From positions 15,006,001 to 15,070,000 of the forward strand of contig CM119372.1 in NCBI GenBank assembly GCA_051294905.1: DNA of 64,000 nt, in the 5' to 3' direction. Shown piece by piece: positions 1 through 11,192 of this stretch (position 1 is its first letter; the number at the start of each line of letters is the position of its first letter). Under the pieces are notes generated by a model. That model was not told where the DNA came from. It worked only from the letters and a program-made list of their open reading frames with translations, and made no database searches. The position numbers and the translations under genes were made by a program. Source of the DNA: Botryllus schlosseri. Its lineage: Eukaryota.

Positions 1-682
1 GAAATTTAAAAGAGGAATGTCCAAGGTCATTTACGGAGAGTTGTTGCACAAACATTTTACCATTCTTTTGCTTATAAGGTTTGGCCTTCCTTGTCTTTCT
101 TTCTTTCCTTTCTCCCCTTTTTTCAATTTCTCTCAACGATTTCTGAATGGTTGTCTCTTTGCGAATAAGTCGGTCCTCCCGTCTCTTGCTCTGCATCTCT
201 TGTTTCTTCAATTCGTTCTTCTTGCTAAGGTGTAATTTATTCAAATCACTGAATTCATCTTCAGTATCAAACTGCTTTCCGTGCAATTTTGCAATTTCGC
301 CTTCAATTTTTGTGGCTTCTTTTTTTCCTTTCTTGTAATTTTCTTTTCTCTCCTTTTGCTTGGCTTTCTCCATCTGTCTCTCCTTCTTCATTTGCAGCTT
401 GTCTTCTTTGCTTTGTGCTCGTAGAAATTCTTCCACTTTTTTGCGGTCCATTTTCCTCTTCTCCCTATCTATTTTTTCCATTGGCTTCCTCAGTAACATG
501 GCTGTTTCTTCCTTATATTCTCGAGAATCTAAATCTGGCTTCATTTGTCGCAGCTTCAGTCTGTTCTTGTCACTCTCAACTTCCCTTAATGCCTTATCTG
601 ATTTTTTACTAGTCTTATTCACAAACTTTGCTCCACCAAGAGTTACTGAACATCTAGGATTCGCTGATTCTGTTGTTGAGCT
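1..682 (-). CDS. Putative K/E/R-rich (coiled-coil-like) coding exon of an unknown host gene; possible donor at 60/61, or it runs off the window edge
   Basis: Stop-free minus frame SSTTESANPRCSVTLGGAKFVNKTSKKSDKALREVESDKNRLKLRQMKPD...RKAKPYKQKN, preceded by a tctttcag acceptor. The plus-strand F/S/L-rich ORFs are its antisense shadow. Confidence 0.55.
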
Positions 683-1094
683 CTGAAAGACAGCTACATT
701 AGTTTTATTCAAATGCTGCAAAAGTGTATCAGAAGGACATCAGCGGGAATCAAGACTTTCATTACCGTTACCGCTGTAAAGTAGGCCTACTGAATAGGGC
801 GATTTTTTTGACATGTAAAAATGCGTCAAAAATTTCTCAAAATTGAAGCGTTAGGTCAAAAAAATGTCAAAATTATTTTGGCCCCTGCATTTCGTTTGTG
901 TCGTAGATTTTACACTGTCGCTGAGCTTATCACTTGATATTTACAGCTTGTAGCCAACTTTATGGGCCCACCGTTGTAGACGGCCCATCGTCTGTTCATT
1001 GTGAATCATAAACGGGCAAATCAAACAAATAGGTTGACATGGTGTTATGGTCAACGTACCGCAATATCCTAACTGAATCAAGAATGCTTGGGCA

Positions 1095-1330
1095 TTGCAT
1101 GGTTCTTATATCAAGAAGAGCATGATGAAAAACTGTGATGTAGACAACATTGTCAGAATGAAGCAACAAGGTCTGTCACCAGCAGTGTTCGCACAACTTT
1201 GGTGTTGTCAGCCAACAACTGCTGCTGTTGAACGTTCTTACTCTTTATTCTTGGCAAGCTACTTAGAGGACAGACACCTACCCGAGAATGTAGGAAAGTA
1301 TCTTTCTACCAAAATATGTGATGTAACTAG
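1095..1330 (+). pseudogene. hAT transposase C-terminal dimerisation-domain remnant
   Basis: CCQPTTAAVERSYS matches the hATC PxSSAxxERxFS motif; GTCAAAAA repeats on both flanks. Confidence 0.6.
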
Positions 1331-1451
1331 ACTGGAATTCTTCATAGAGCCAGATTTCGTTAAAATAAAGTTTTTCATGTAAACATTTGTCAGTTTTTAA
1401 GTCAAAAACGATTTTTCAGGCCAAACTACTTCGTAAGGACAGACAGTCACA

Positions 1452-2175
1452 ATCATCATCATCATCATTGGTTTATTAGCAATTTTATCAGTTCAATACA
1501 CCACAAAAAAATGCGATACAATGAATAGACAGGAAGATGTCGAAGCGACTTGGATTTGTCAATGGAATCGGACACCCACCTTGGCCTAGGCGTAGTAAAG
1601 AGGAGGTATGCACACTGAATGAAAGTAAAGAATACAGTATAGAAAAAGAAAGCGACAAGAAAGAAGCGACAAGAAATAGGGGCGGCATGTCATGGGAAGC
1701 GAGATCGATAGGTCAGTCGTGGTCCGGTAATCTTGAGGATGGACTGTATTTATTTAGTAGTAATTGCTTGTATTTCGACTTGAATGTGGACATGTTCGTC
1801 GACTGTCGGATGGCCGGCGGGATACTGTTCCACACATCAGGTCCGGCATATTTGATGGAGCGATGATCTTTTCGGTCGATCATATGATATTTGGACGACG
1901 TCATTGAAATATTCGGGGCAACGACCGCAGTGAAACTGATACATAAACTTGGCGATTTCTAGTTTCCGCATATCTTCTATGTTTAGGACGCCGAATCTCT
2001 TCAGCAGCGATTTATTGGATGGGCAGCCAGGCCCCTTTGGGGCCCTAGCTATGATTCGGAGCACTTTATGCTGTAGTTTCTGCAGTGGCTTGAGTGCAGT
2101 TTTACTGGCAGCCCCCCAACAGAGGATGCCATAATGTAACTTCGATTGGATTAAGGATTTAAAGAGTATCAGGAG
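1452..2175 (-). mobile_element. 5'-truncated L2/Crack-type (CR1 group) LINE: RT C-terminus, 3'UTR and (TGA)n tail
   Basis: FKSLIQSKLHYGILCWG..LQKLQHKVLRII..EIAKFMYQF, then (frameshifted) RSIKYAGPDVWNSIP..STFKSKYKQLLL; AATAAA followed by a TGA-repeat tail. Confidence 0.85.
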
Positions 2176-2847
2176 AACCCAGAAATGAAGATAAGTTGTA
2201 GGGGAGAGTAAGTAGGTATGGGCCACTGCTATATCAGGTGACTGTGAAATCACATATGCTTGTGAAGCTCTGTGATTATACGAAAAAGGCTCCAGACTCA
2301 TACATGGTCCTCACAGCCATGAAGCCAGCAGCGTTTTTGACTCAGCTAGAGATATATAATGTTTGTGGTCAATGGCAAATTTATTTGAAAATAGTGAATT
2401 TAGGTTTGAGTCTGTGTATGTGCATATTTGGGTTAGACCAGTGGTTCCCAACGTGGTCGATTTGGCGGACTATGGGGCGAAAATAACGAAGGGGGTGATA
2501 GAGGAGAGAAAATGGGCGAAGGGAGCGAAAACAACGAAGCGGGCGATGGCACGTTAAAACGGATATATTGGAGTCAAGTCGGACAAATGACCTTTTTTTT
2601 CAGTCAACTCATGAAAATCTAGCTGTAAGAGTGTAATTTCGAGGTCGAGCCGAAAAGTTGCCCTTTTCTTTAGTCAACTCCCTGGTGATTACAGTTGGTC
2701 GTATGCCCATTTTTTCGGTTCCCACTTAACCATTAAATTATTTTGCAACATGGAAAAATGGAAATGTAATTGAGTTCATTCAATGAAGAAATGTATAATA
2801 TACGACAGAGTTCAGTAAACATATACAATTGCACAGACATAACATAC

Positions 2848-2901
2848 CTCTGAAGAGCTATAGTCAACGTGATATGGGCTTGTGCTAGGTGCTGGATGAT
2901 T
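2848..2901 (-). CDS. Putative 54-nt exon (NHPAPSTSPYHVDYSSSE)
   Basis: ttcattcag acceptor and gtatgt donor; phase 0/0, which joins in frame to the exon at 682. Confidence 0.5.
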
Positions 2902-3135
2902 CTGAATGAAGGGTACAGACAGTCCTTTAATTTTGTACATTTTGCATTGCAGAACTTGTTAAAATGAATGTGATTTGTTGAAAAACACACGATACCGGCG
3001 CTTTGATATCACAATTATTACATGAGCATTCTGGAATATGAAGATAGAATAAATGATTTCGGGAAAAATATACTTACAATCATCAACATCATACTAGTTG
3101 CAATCTGGGATTCGTTCATGAAATCTTTGACTTAC

Positions 3136-3217
3136 CCGGTGATTTAGTTTACAGGATTGAAATCCCGTGATGGTTTGAACTGATATACACGTATCTTCCA
3201 TCCAGCACATTCTGGTA
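3136..3217 (-). CDS. Putative 82-nt exon (TRMCWMEDTCISVQTITGFQSCKLNHR)
   Basis: atttcag acceptor and gtaagt donor; the only open frame ends in phase 0, matching the next exon. Confidence 0.5.
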
Positions 3218-3793
3218 CTGAAATAAGTTATGAATGTCCTTTATCTGAATGTAGCGGCTATCAAAGTTAAACTGATAAAAATGATAGTGGCCTACCGGCT
3301 ATAGGTCCTCGGAGCCCAATAATTAGACTAGTTTCCTATGGTTGCAACAAGATTTCGGGACACATCGTAAGCTAGGTACCAGCAATACATAATAGTATGA
3401 TATGGAGCCAATAGTGAAAGCAAGCTGTTTGCAAGGGAAACAGAAAGATACCTTCCTACTACGATCAAAATTGCTAACCTCTTCTGGGCATCCGGAGAAA
3501 TGAGAGACGATGCTTTCAATTTGGAAGATGTCATTTTTGTGAAACCAAAGATTCCGTGCCCACAGCAGTCAGTGGCACCAAGTGTTGCCACTCGAGGTTT
3601 GTCAACAGACACTGAATTTGTCAACTAAATAACACTAGATCAGCACAAAATACACTAGTCTTGAAAACTATTGAGTAAATCATAAACTACAAGCAAAATG
3701 CATTGAATAACACCTATAGTGTTGCGAGAAAACATAGCAAATGACGAATTCATCTGCCATTTCTGCAATCTTCACAAGAAAAAATATGCTTAC

Positions 3794-3852
3794 TTTATAG
3801 ACATGAGCCTGACTGTATTCAGAAATATGAGACAAAGGTATATTCCAAACAT
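3794..3852 (-). CDS. Putative first coding exon with a hydrophobic N-terminus (MFGIYLCLIFLNTVRLMSI)
   Basis: gtaagc donor in phase 2, matching the phase of exon 3136-3217; signal-peptide/TM-like sequence. Confidence 0.35.
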
Positions 3853-4767
3853 CGTTAGAAGCAGCTGGGATGTGTGCCAATTTGAACAGCGTGCATCTCA
3901 CGAAAGAAGTTTTTCTTATAGTTTTGCCTGGTACGTTTCGCCAATTCCAACATCTTGTGCGCAGCATACATGGGATGGAGATTAGAGATTAAACAGCAAT
4001 CCTGACTGAAGGCAGATACTTGAATAACAACATGCAACAAAGGAATAAATACCATTGGACACGAGTAAAGATGTACAAATATTAATGTGCCCGGCAGGCA
4101 AGGCATGTACCTATTGGAGTGGTTCCTGTGCCAAATGAACAGGTGTGGCTAAATATTAATTTTACATTAGGCCAAAATATGGTAAGCCTATTTTACATCC
4201 CTTCAAAGCACGTCAATATATCATCCTTATTCAAATGTTTTTTTCATGAAAAAAACTCTAGGTGTGCCGAATTTCGACAAAGCTAGAACACTAGTAAAAG
4301 TCAAAATACATTAAATCTAGTGTAAAAACACAAGGAGTGGCACTGATTCAACAACTGCAGGAGGCTACTCTGGTAAGTAATCTCTATTTTTCTTATTCGA
4401 TACATTACGTCGCAACATGGAGCCGATTAGCAACATAAATGCTACGCTACTATAAATAACTAACCTACGTACGACATACGTACATGCTACTACATGTTAA
4501 AACTAATTAGGCTTACCATACGTCCTCTTTTAGGAAGTTAGTAACCCTAACCCCCTTTAAAAAATTTGTTTCCTTCTGCTATGACCCATACCGAACTCAT
4601 CAATATAATGTGTTCAACATCAATGTCATGGGTCATTTATCTTTCCAAATAAAACACCGCCATGTTGGTAAGACTCGTCCAATCCTAAGCGATCTCGGAC
4701 ATGTCTTTAATCTGAGTCTCAACCCGTCTTTGCGCAGGTTATACCTAATGTAGAGACGGCATGTGGA

Positions 4768-4961
4768 CAATGTTCCCTCTAATTCTTGACGAGTCTGCGC
4801 ACACCCACCAACTTACTACGCAGACCCTTGGACAGCAGTGCATAACAACTAACAAAAAGGTCATCACTTTGGATTTTTTGTGCGCAACTAGGATTTTCTG
4901 TGCGCAGAGACCGTGTCAGCACTGTGCATTTGTGCATGTGCGCAGCTTAGAGGGAGCATTG
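4768..4961. mobile_element. hAT-type MITE, CAATGTTCCCTCTAA family (TGCGCA repeats)
   Basis: TIR caatgttccctctaa / ttagagggagcattg; TSD catgtgga/catgtggc; other copies at 15205 and 20295. Confidence 0.85.
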
Positions 4962-5777
4962 CATGTGGCTTTATATAGCTACTATTGGGAAAGGTATTAT
5001 TGCGATGGGATATTAAAAGATCTGTGTTGCTTTATTTTGATGAAACTATTTGTCATATCATCGATTTTTACGGCTGTTATATCTGAAAATTAGCTCTATC
5101 TACTGGTAACGTTGATCTCTATATATACTTAACTTGTATAGCCTACTGTATAGTGGTTTCTCATATCGTACGGATGGTGATTAAAATGTATAGAATATCA
5201 TTTTAAAAGTATCAAATGAAGTAACTCGAATAATCAATTCATTAAGAATTCAAAATCACTTGGCGATACAGCTGCATCTCCCTTTCATACACCACTGCAC
5301 CACCACCAACTTCAACTCACTTCAGCACCCTCTTATCTTTTCATTGTAATGCAATCTTATGGTGTATTGATTTCATAAAAATTTTAATTATAGGCTGATG
5401 ATGTTGATAATGAATTGCTGGTTTATAAAGGGCTTCCCAACAAATTGCCCAACCAGTCCTACCTCCTTGATAGTTATTTGTTCTCTCAACATTGTTCTCT
5501 GTAACATCTGGGCCTTTTTACATGCAAAAATGTGTCAGTTTCGAGCATCTTGACGGCTGTATATAGTTTCAATTATATTTCGTGAAAACAATTCAAATAT
5601 CTCGTTATAAAAAACCATTACTTATAGGCAAAAATTAAGGCAACCGGAACCGCAAGTATTTATGGGCTGAATCTGATAATGAATATCATTTAAGGTTTTG
5701 TAACTTTTGCCTAAGGTAACAAGGAAATGTAAATCATAATAAAATTCAACATTCGTTTTACTTCCCGACCTATACAG

Positions 5778-6045
5778 TCCATCCTCAAGATTACCGGACC
5801 ACGACTAACCTATCGATCTCGCTTCCCATGACATGCCGCCCTATTTCTTGTCGCATTCTTCTTCTATACTATTTTTACTTTCATTCAGTGTGCATGCCTC
5901 CTCTTTACATCGCCTAGGCCAAGGTGGGTGTCAGATTCCATAGACTACTTGTCGCTTCGACATCTTCCTGTCTTTTCATTGTATCGCATTTTTGTGGTGT
6001 ATTGAACTGATAAAATTGCTAATAAACCAATGATGATGATGATGA
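5778..6045 (+). mobile_element. 3'UTR-only copy of the L2/Crack LINE
   Basis: Close reverse-complement match to 1452-1745; ends aataaaccaa(tga)n. Confidence 0.85.
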
Positions 6046-6687
6046 CCTTCCCGTCAACAAAACTGTCCTCTTTCAGGTGCTCAAACTAACTACTAACATA
6101 TATATTGCAACGTATACACAAAAGGCTATAAGGATTACTTCAATAAAAATAAATCTTTGGGTCTGTCTAACTGTCACGGTTACGGGGGAAACCCAACAAA
6201 TCTGCTCCTAGAAATGCAATTGCGCAGTGTACAGTGTACGCGCAAGGAAAGCTCACCAAAGTTTACCAAATTGTTTACATTTACATTGGAAGTAGCTGGT
6301 GATGAGAACTGTATGCTTCTATGACGTCATAACAATACTGAACAGTCCCACCTAGCGGTTTGTTGTGTAATATTTTTGTATCGTGTGCTTATAGCGAAAA
6401 GCTTCGCGATACTGTAGGCTATATTAAACATCTTGTGGTATATTCGATCGACAACATCATAACCGGATGAATAGCCCGAGACCATTTATCAGGCTATGCG
6501 TCTGGAACTGTGCGATGTAGCTATGGACCGCCAACTGTCTCACGTAACTAGGAAACGCCAGCATTGTGACGCGAATCAAAGTCACTCAACACCATGTACA
6601 TTGTATATAGTTGAGTGATTTGAAGAGACTCTTTGGGGTACAGAACTTTAATATACATTTTAATAATATATTCATAATAAAATATAT

Positions 6688-6752
6688 TAAAACCCGAAGC
6701 TTTTCGAGCTGACACTTTTCAAGGGCAATCGTCAGCATATGGAGGATTTCAA
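6688..6752 (-). ncRNA. Candidate (degenerate) minimal hammerhead ribozyme in the Penelope 3' region
   Basis: CUGACGA ... CGAAA-AGCU-UC with palindromic AAGCUU, about 100 nt downstream of the ORF stop; stems I and II are imperfect. Confidence 0.4.
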
Positions 6753-6838
6753 AAACATGCATCTAGCTACATTGCAAACAACCAATTATGACGTCATAGA
6801 AACAAACAACATGAAATACAGGCAAACCGCGAGCGCAG

Positions 6839-8707
6839 CTAGTGGCAAATTTTTAGATTCACTAAAAATTCCTTCTGCTGACACAAGCGCGGTCGGTGGA
6901 TTTTAATATAAGTCGATTCCAGTGCAGACAGATGGAAATTAGTGCGGCCTCTGCCTAATATAGAAAATCTTTCATCGCGATAGTTTTTAGCGCAAGTTGC
7001 ATTCTCAGCCAAATGCTTGCCGATGGCAGAGTTCATAGCCATGGCCTGATTACGTTCTAGTAATCGCAGATCAGTTAAAGCTGCGTCTTCGCGAGAGTCC
7101 AATGTGCGTGATCTAATAACGCTAGGAACATGTTGTTTGATGCGTTCCTGCAAGCGCTGAGTTGTTCTTCCCACGTACCGACAATCACAGTGGCACTTGA
7201 AATCATAGACTATATTGCTTTGTTGAGAAGCAGGAAGAACATCTTTGCGCGTTGCAGGAAGCATTTGTTTGGTGGTAAACACAACATTAGTTTTTACATT
7301 ATCGTAACAGCGATTTACAGCAGAAATCAATTGCTTTTCAAACCGGGAAGAGATGGGGCCCAGCCACGGTAAATGTATATATACATTTTCCTCAGACCGT
7401 GTGTTCGTGTTTTGTGATTTGTTCGGATTGAAATTCCTGAGTTTTCTGTCAACAGAACTCTTGATGATGTGTTCGGGGTACCCGTTATCGATTAGAATTT
7501 TGCGGATATATTCTAGCTCCGCGTTTAATTTTTCATCCGAACAAATCATCAAGGCTCTGTGCACCAACGTGCCAATCAAATTTAGTTTACGGCGATTCGG
7601 GCTAAAAGAATTCCAGCGTATATAATGCCCTGTAAACGTTGGCTTCCGGTAAATCGATGTGACAAAGCTAGTGCCCCGTTTTTCCACTAGAACGTCTAAG
7701 AATGGTAGCGAGTTAGCACGCTCTTTTTCAAATGTGAATTTTAAAGACGAGTGTAGAGAATTCAAGTTATCAAAGAAGTCATCGAACTCCGTCTCATCTT
7801 GACAGATAACGAAGGTGTCGTCGACATAGCGACGGTACATGAATGGAGGCTTGGTTTCATCTGCCGCGAAAAGTCTGTTTTCATGGAATCCCACAAATAT
7901 ATTGGCTAAAATCGGGCCAAGAGGGCTACCCATAGCTACGCCGTCGGTTTGCATGTAGATGGTATCGTTAAAACTCAACTCAACAGAGCAAGTAGCCGTA
8001 TTAAGAAGTTCAACGAACACTTTACGCGAGAAGGAAGGTGGTGCTAAATCACCTCCACCATATAGCGCGTCCGCACAGATATCAATGGTCTCCTTCAGCG
8101 GCACGTTCGTGAAGAGGCTAACGATATCATATGAACCGAGAAACATATTCGAGTTTGAAAGGTCGGTGGTTTTCATCTCGTGCGCGAATGTAAACGAATC
8201 AGCGACGCAATGTGAATCATACATGGAACGCACTGGTTCCAAAATACCGATAAGCCACTTCGCGAGCTTGTGCTGCGCCGATCCAACCATAGAAAGAATT
8301 GGTCGAACGGGCACGTTGGTTTTATGAGTTTTTGGCAGTCCGTACATACGTGGCCTTTGTGCCCCGACCGGTCTGATGGAGGCGTAGACCTCAGGTGTTA
8401 TTGAGTCGTTTTTCTTGAGGCTGAATAGTCGGCGCTGTATCCGTCTTTCGATCTTGGCGATGTTATCGAATTCCGCAGCGGGACCAAGTGTCTTGAATTT
8501 TGATTCGTCACCCAAGATTGCTTCCATTTTGAGTATGTAATCCCGTTTGTTTAGGATTACAACCCCAGAGCCCTTATCCGGTTTGCTAATGTGAATGTCT
8601 GGATTTTGTCGCAATGCTTTTATGGCACGAAAACATTCCTTCGTCATTAAAAAATTTTCCGAATCAATAGGATATCCACAATAGGCATGTGCCAAATCAC
8701 AAATCAC
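6839..8707 (-). CDS. Penelope-like reverse transcriptase with GIY-YIG endonuclease (N-terminus separated by a frameshift and inversion)
   Basis: KPDKGSGVVIL, YGLPKTHK, YDIVSLFTNVP, GVAMGSPLGPILANIF, YRRYVDD, LPFLDV, NIVYDFKCHCDCRYVGRT..RIKQH, LESTYI. Confidence 0.95.
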   Translation of the reverse strand: MICDLAHAYCGYPIDSENFLMTKECFRAIKALRQNPDIHISKPDKGSGVVILNKRDYILKMEAILGDESKFKTLGPAAEFDNIAKIERRIQRRLFSLKKNDSITPEVYASIRPVGAQRPRMYGLPKTHKTNVPVRPILSMVGSAQHKLAKWLIGILEPVRSMYDSHCVADSFTFAHEMKTTDLSNSNMFLGSYDIVSLFTNVPLKETIDICADALYGGGDLAPPSFSRKVFVELLNTATCSVELSFNDTIYMQTDGVAMGSPLGPILANIFVGFHENRLFAADETKPPFMYRRYVDDTFVICQDETEFDDFFDNLNSLHSSLKFTFEKERANSLPFLDVLVEKRGTSFVTSIYRKPTFTGHYIRWNSFSPNRRKLNLIGTLVHRALMICSDEKLNAELEYIRKILIDNGYPEHIIKSSVDRKLRNFNPNKSQNTNTRSEENVYIHLPWLGPISSRFEKQLISAVNRCYDNVKTNVVFTTKQMLPATRKDVLPASQQSNIVYDFKCHCDCRYVGRTTQRLQERIKQHVPSVIRSRTLDSREDAALTDLRLLERNQAMAMNSAIGKHLAENATCAKNYRDERFSILGRGRTNFHLSALESTYIKIHRPRLCQQKEFLVNLKICH

Positions 8708-9016
8708 TCAATCTTGCTTTGAGGGCAGGCAAATTATCAGCGGAGTTCGCTTTGCGATGATATAGTTGAGCCGTCTTATTACCCAACGCTTTGGTAACAA
8801 TGCTAGTCCTGACGGGAAAAATATTGTTAACTTATCGGACTACAAGCTCACGTCCACTGAAGAGTTTGTACTGTCTCATGGTCTCAACTTTTGTTTACCA
8901 CCTACTACCATAAAAAGTGAAGAGGTATTCGCAGAATTTGAAGTGTTAATGGCTCAACTATATCATCGCAAAGCGAACTCCGCTGATAATTTGCCTGCCC
9001 TCAAAGCAAGATTGAG

Positions 9017-9850
9017 AATACATGCATTGAGTAAATGCAGGTTTTGACAGAATAAGCATGGCTTTGTATGGCTATGGCCACCCTTTATCTGTTCATTCTT
9101 GTCACAATTACTCATATTTGGGACAAATGCTCGTGTTTGTTTAAAACATATTTGTTGCGGCTCTGCTGAGGTTCTTTTGCTTGGCAACAATCTGGTCCAA
9201 TACTGCGGCCCGAACAACAGATTGAGATCCAATGTAAGCCTCTTCTGTCTACATGTTCGGTGAACGTCTTGAATGGAGGAAAGCTGGGTATGTCAGCTGC
9301 TGATATGCCATTTTTTGCAACTTCCTCAATTGCCAACTTCCGTCTCTCTTTGTAAGCGAATACCGTTCTAGACGAGGCTTCTCTAATAGTTCCCGGAAGT
9401 TTGATTGACAATTTCTGATTCAACTCCTCATCTAACATGGATCGGTTACCTTCTTTCGAGATGAGACGCTTGCAACTGTTCAAGAAATCGGAATATTTTC
9501 GAAAGCCTTCTCGGTCATTGGTCAAAATAACTGGCAAATTCAGAAGTTGAGTTTTATACTCTTGATGAATTGCCAATCCATCTCCACACCATCTGTCTGA
9601 AGTTGCCAAATTGCTTCAAGATAGCTTTCATCAGTGGCATAAATAATTGTCCTTCCATGGACTCTCTTGCTTCGCCAGCAGTATAATTCATGGAGATATT
9701 AACTCTCGGACCAGCTTCGAAAACATTACTTTCAATCAAGTCAATCAACTAAATTGACTTCTCCGAATTGGATATTTCAAAGGAATCGTACCATCAAAGA
9801 CGTCCACTCAACTCTTCTGTTGATAATACAACTCTTGACCAAGTGCCGTA
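9017..9850 (-). pseudogene. Frameshifted BEL/Pao retrotransposon gag remnant
   Basis: FDGTIPLKY, YTAGEARESMEG, FRKYSDFLNSC, KLPGTIR, FPPFKTFTEHV, and zinc knuckle CLFCQNLHLLNAC. Confidence 0.7.
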
Positions 9851-9855
9851 TAATC

Positions 9856-10234
9856 TAGGGTTACCATATGTCCTCTTTTTTGAAAGTGTCCTCGGAGGAC
9901 GCCCTTTTGTCCTCTTTTTTGAAAATTTAGGTCACATTTAGAGCAAAATGCAAGTGATATGCCTAAAATTAGCACAGAAGTGACGCTCCGGCGGGTATAT
10001 CGGAGTGAAAAACGGCGATTTGAACTCTAAGCGAAAAGTTGAAAGTCATCCACGTAGCAATGTGGAGAGAAAAACGGTATTTTGAGCTCTGAGCGGAAAG
10101 AGGACATTTTTTCTTTTAGTCAACCGATCACAGTGGGAAAAATTCACCGATTTTTGAGAATTCTCCGGTTTTTGCAAGTCTCAAATTTCTGAAAAAGGGT
10201 CCTCTTTTTAGATTTCCAAAATATGGTAAGCTTA
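9856..10234. mobile_element. hAT-type MITE, TAGGGTTACCATA family (GTCCTC repeats)
   Basis: TIR tagggttaccatat / atatggtaagctta; TSD gtataatc/atataatc; fragments near 4510, 13230-13268 and 19610-19704. Confidence 0.75.
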
Positions 10235-10829
10235 ATATAATCGTTTACTTGGCCCAGTGTTTACAGCCAAAAGCCGTATTCCTTTGCTTGGCCCTCGCTA
10301 TCTCAGGCAATTTACTTTATGGTAGGTCACACAGTCACACACGGTGTATCCGCCATCCGGTGTTGTTCAACAAGTAATGCAAGACAGGGCCAGACATGGG
10401 GTAATCGCGATTAGTAATCGATTACGACGATTACAGCATTTTCAAGTAATCGTAATCGCAATCGATTACATTCGAAAAAAATCCAAAGTAATCGTAATCG
10501 ACTACTTCACATATCTAATCGATTTCTTTGTGAAAAAACGATTACTTTTTTATTTGTACAATGAATATGACATAACCGAGCATTCGTGAACAAGGAAGAG
10601 ATATTATACCAGGTTATTGATAATAGCGCAAACGGTTGATTTTCAAACGCCACTGCTCATTATTACGTCAGAAGTATTAGCTTTGCTCGTCCTTGCGTAA
10701 GAAGTATCCACACGTAGTAAATATATATTCGATGTACATTGTTGTGTGATTGTTAGAACAGTGTAAGCCATGCTGTAGGCTATATCAGGTTACCAATACA
10801 CTCCAGACGCCACTACCTCGCAGCAAGAT

Positions 10830-11192
10830 TATAATAATAATCGTTGGGTTATATTTTTCATCTGATCAAGTCACACACAATGTACAATGCGATGTAATGA
10901 ACAGATACGAGGATGTCGAACGACACGCATGCAGTTGCCATCCTTTTAATCTGACATCCACCTCGGCCTAGAGTGCCCGATGTCGCAGTTCTTATCGATT
11001 TTGATCTTGTTGAAGCCGCGGTCCTTTCTACCTGTTCTTTCCATTCCTTGTGAGTGCTTGCTTTCGTCGGGTCTTTTTCTGGGCAACGGCAACGGCGGGC
11101 GAAGAGAAGCCCAGATAAACCTCCGACGGCAATCGAACCGGTACCGCCAGATTGGTGAGCGCTTATTGTTACCACCACGCTATCTCCCGTCC
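10830..11192 (-). mobile_element. tRNA-derived SINE with a LINE-like 3' tail
   Basis: Box A TAGCGTGGTGG and box B GGTTCGATTGCC; the 3' ~130 nt resemble the L2/Crack 3'UTR; (ATT)n tail. Confidence 0.75.

Larger units (their letters stand above)
6650..9016 (-). mobile_element. Penelope-like retroelement with an inverted 5' segment
   Basis: RT plus GIY-YIG ORF on the minus strand. The Penelope N-terminal motif VNLSDYKLTSTEEFVLSHGLNFC lies on the plus strand at 8773-9016. The 3' boundary is approximate. Confidence 0.9.

Noticed and set aside
17..686. Plus-strand hydrophobic ORFs (17-235, 147-338, 289-612, 360-686)
   Set aside because: They are antisense shadows of the K/E-rich minus-strand frame.
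6300..6410. Inverted second pseudo-LTR or hammerhead (ctatgacgtcataa and cgaaaagcttcg on the plus strand)
   Set aside because: Only two short near-palindromic matches, no CUGANGA core, and no alignment between them.
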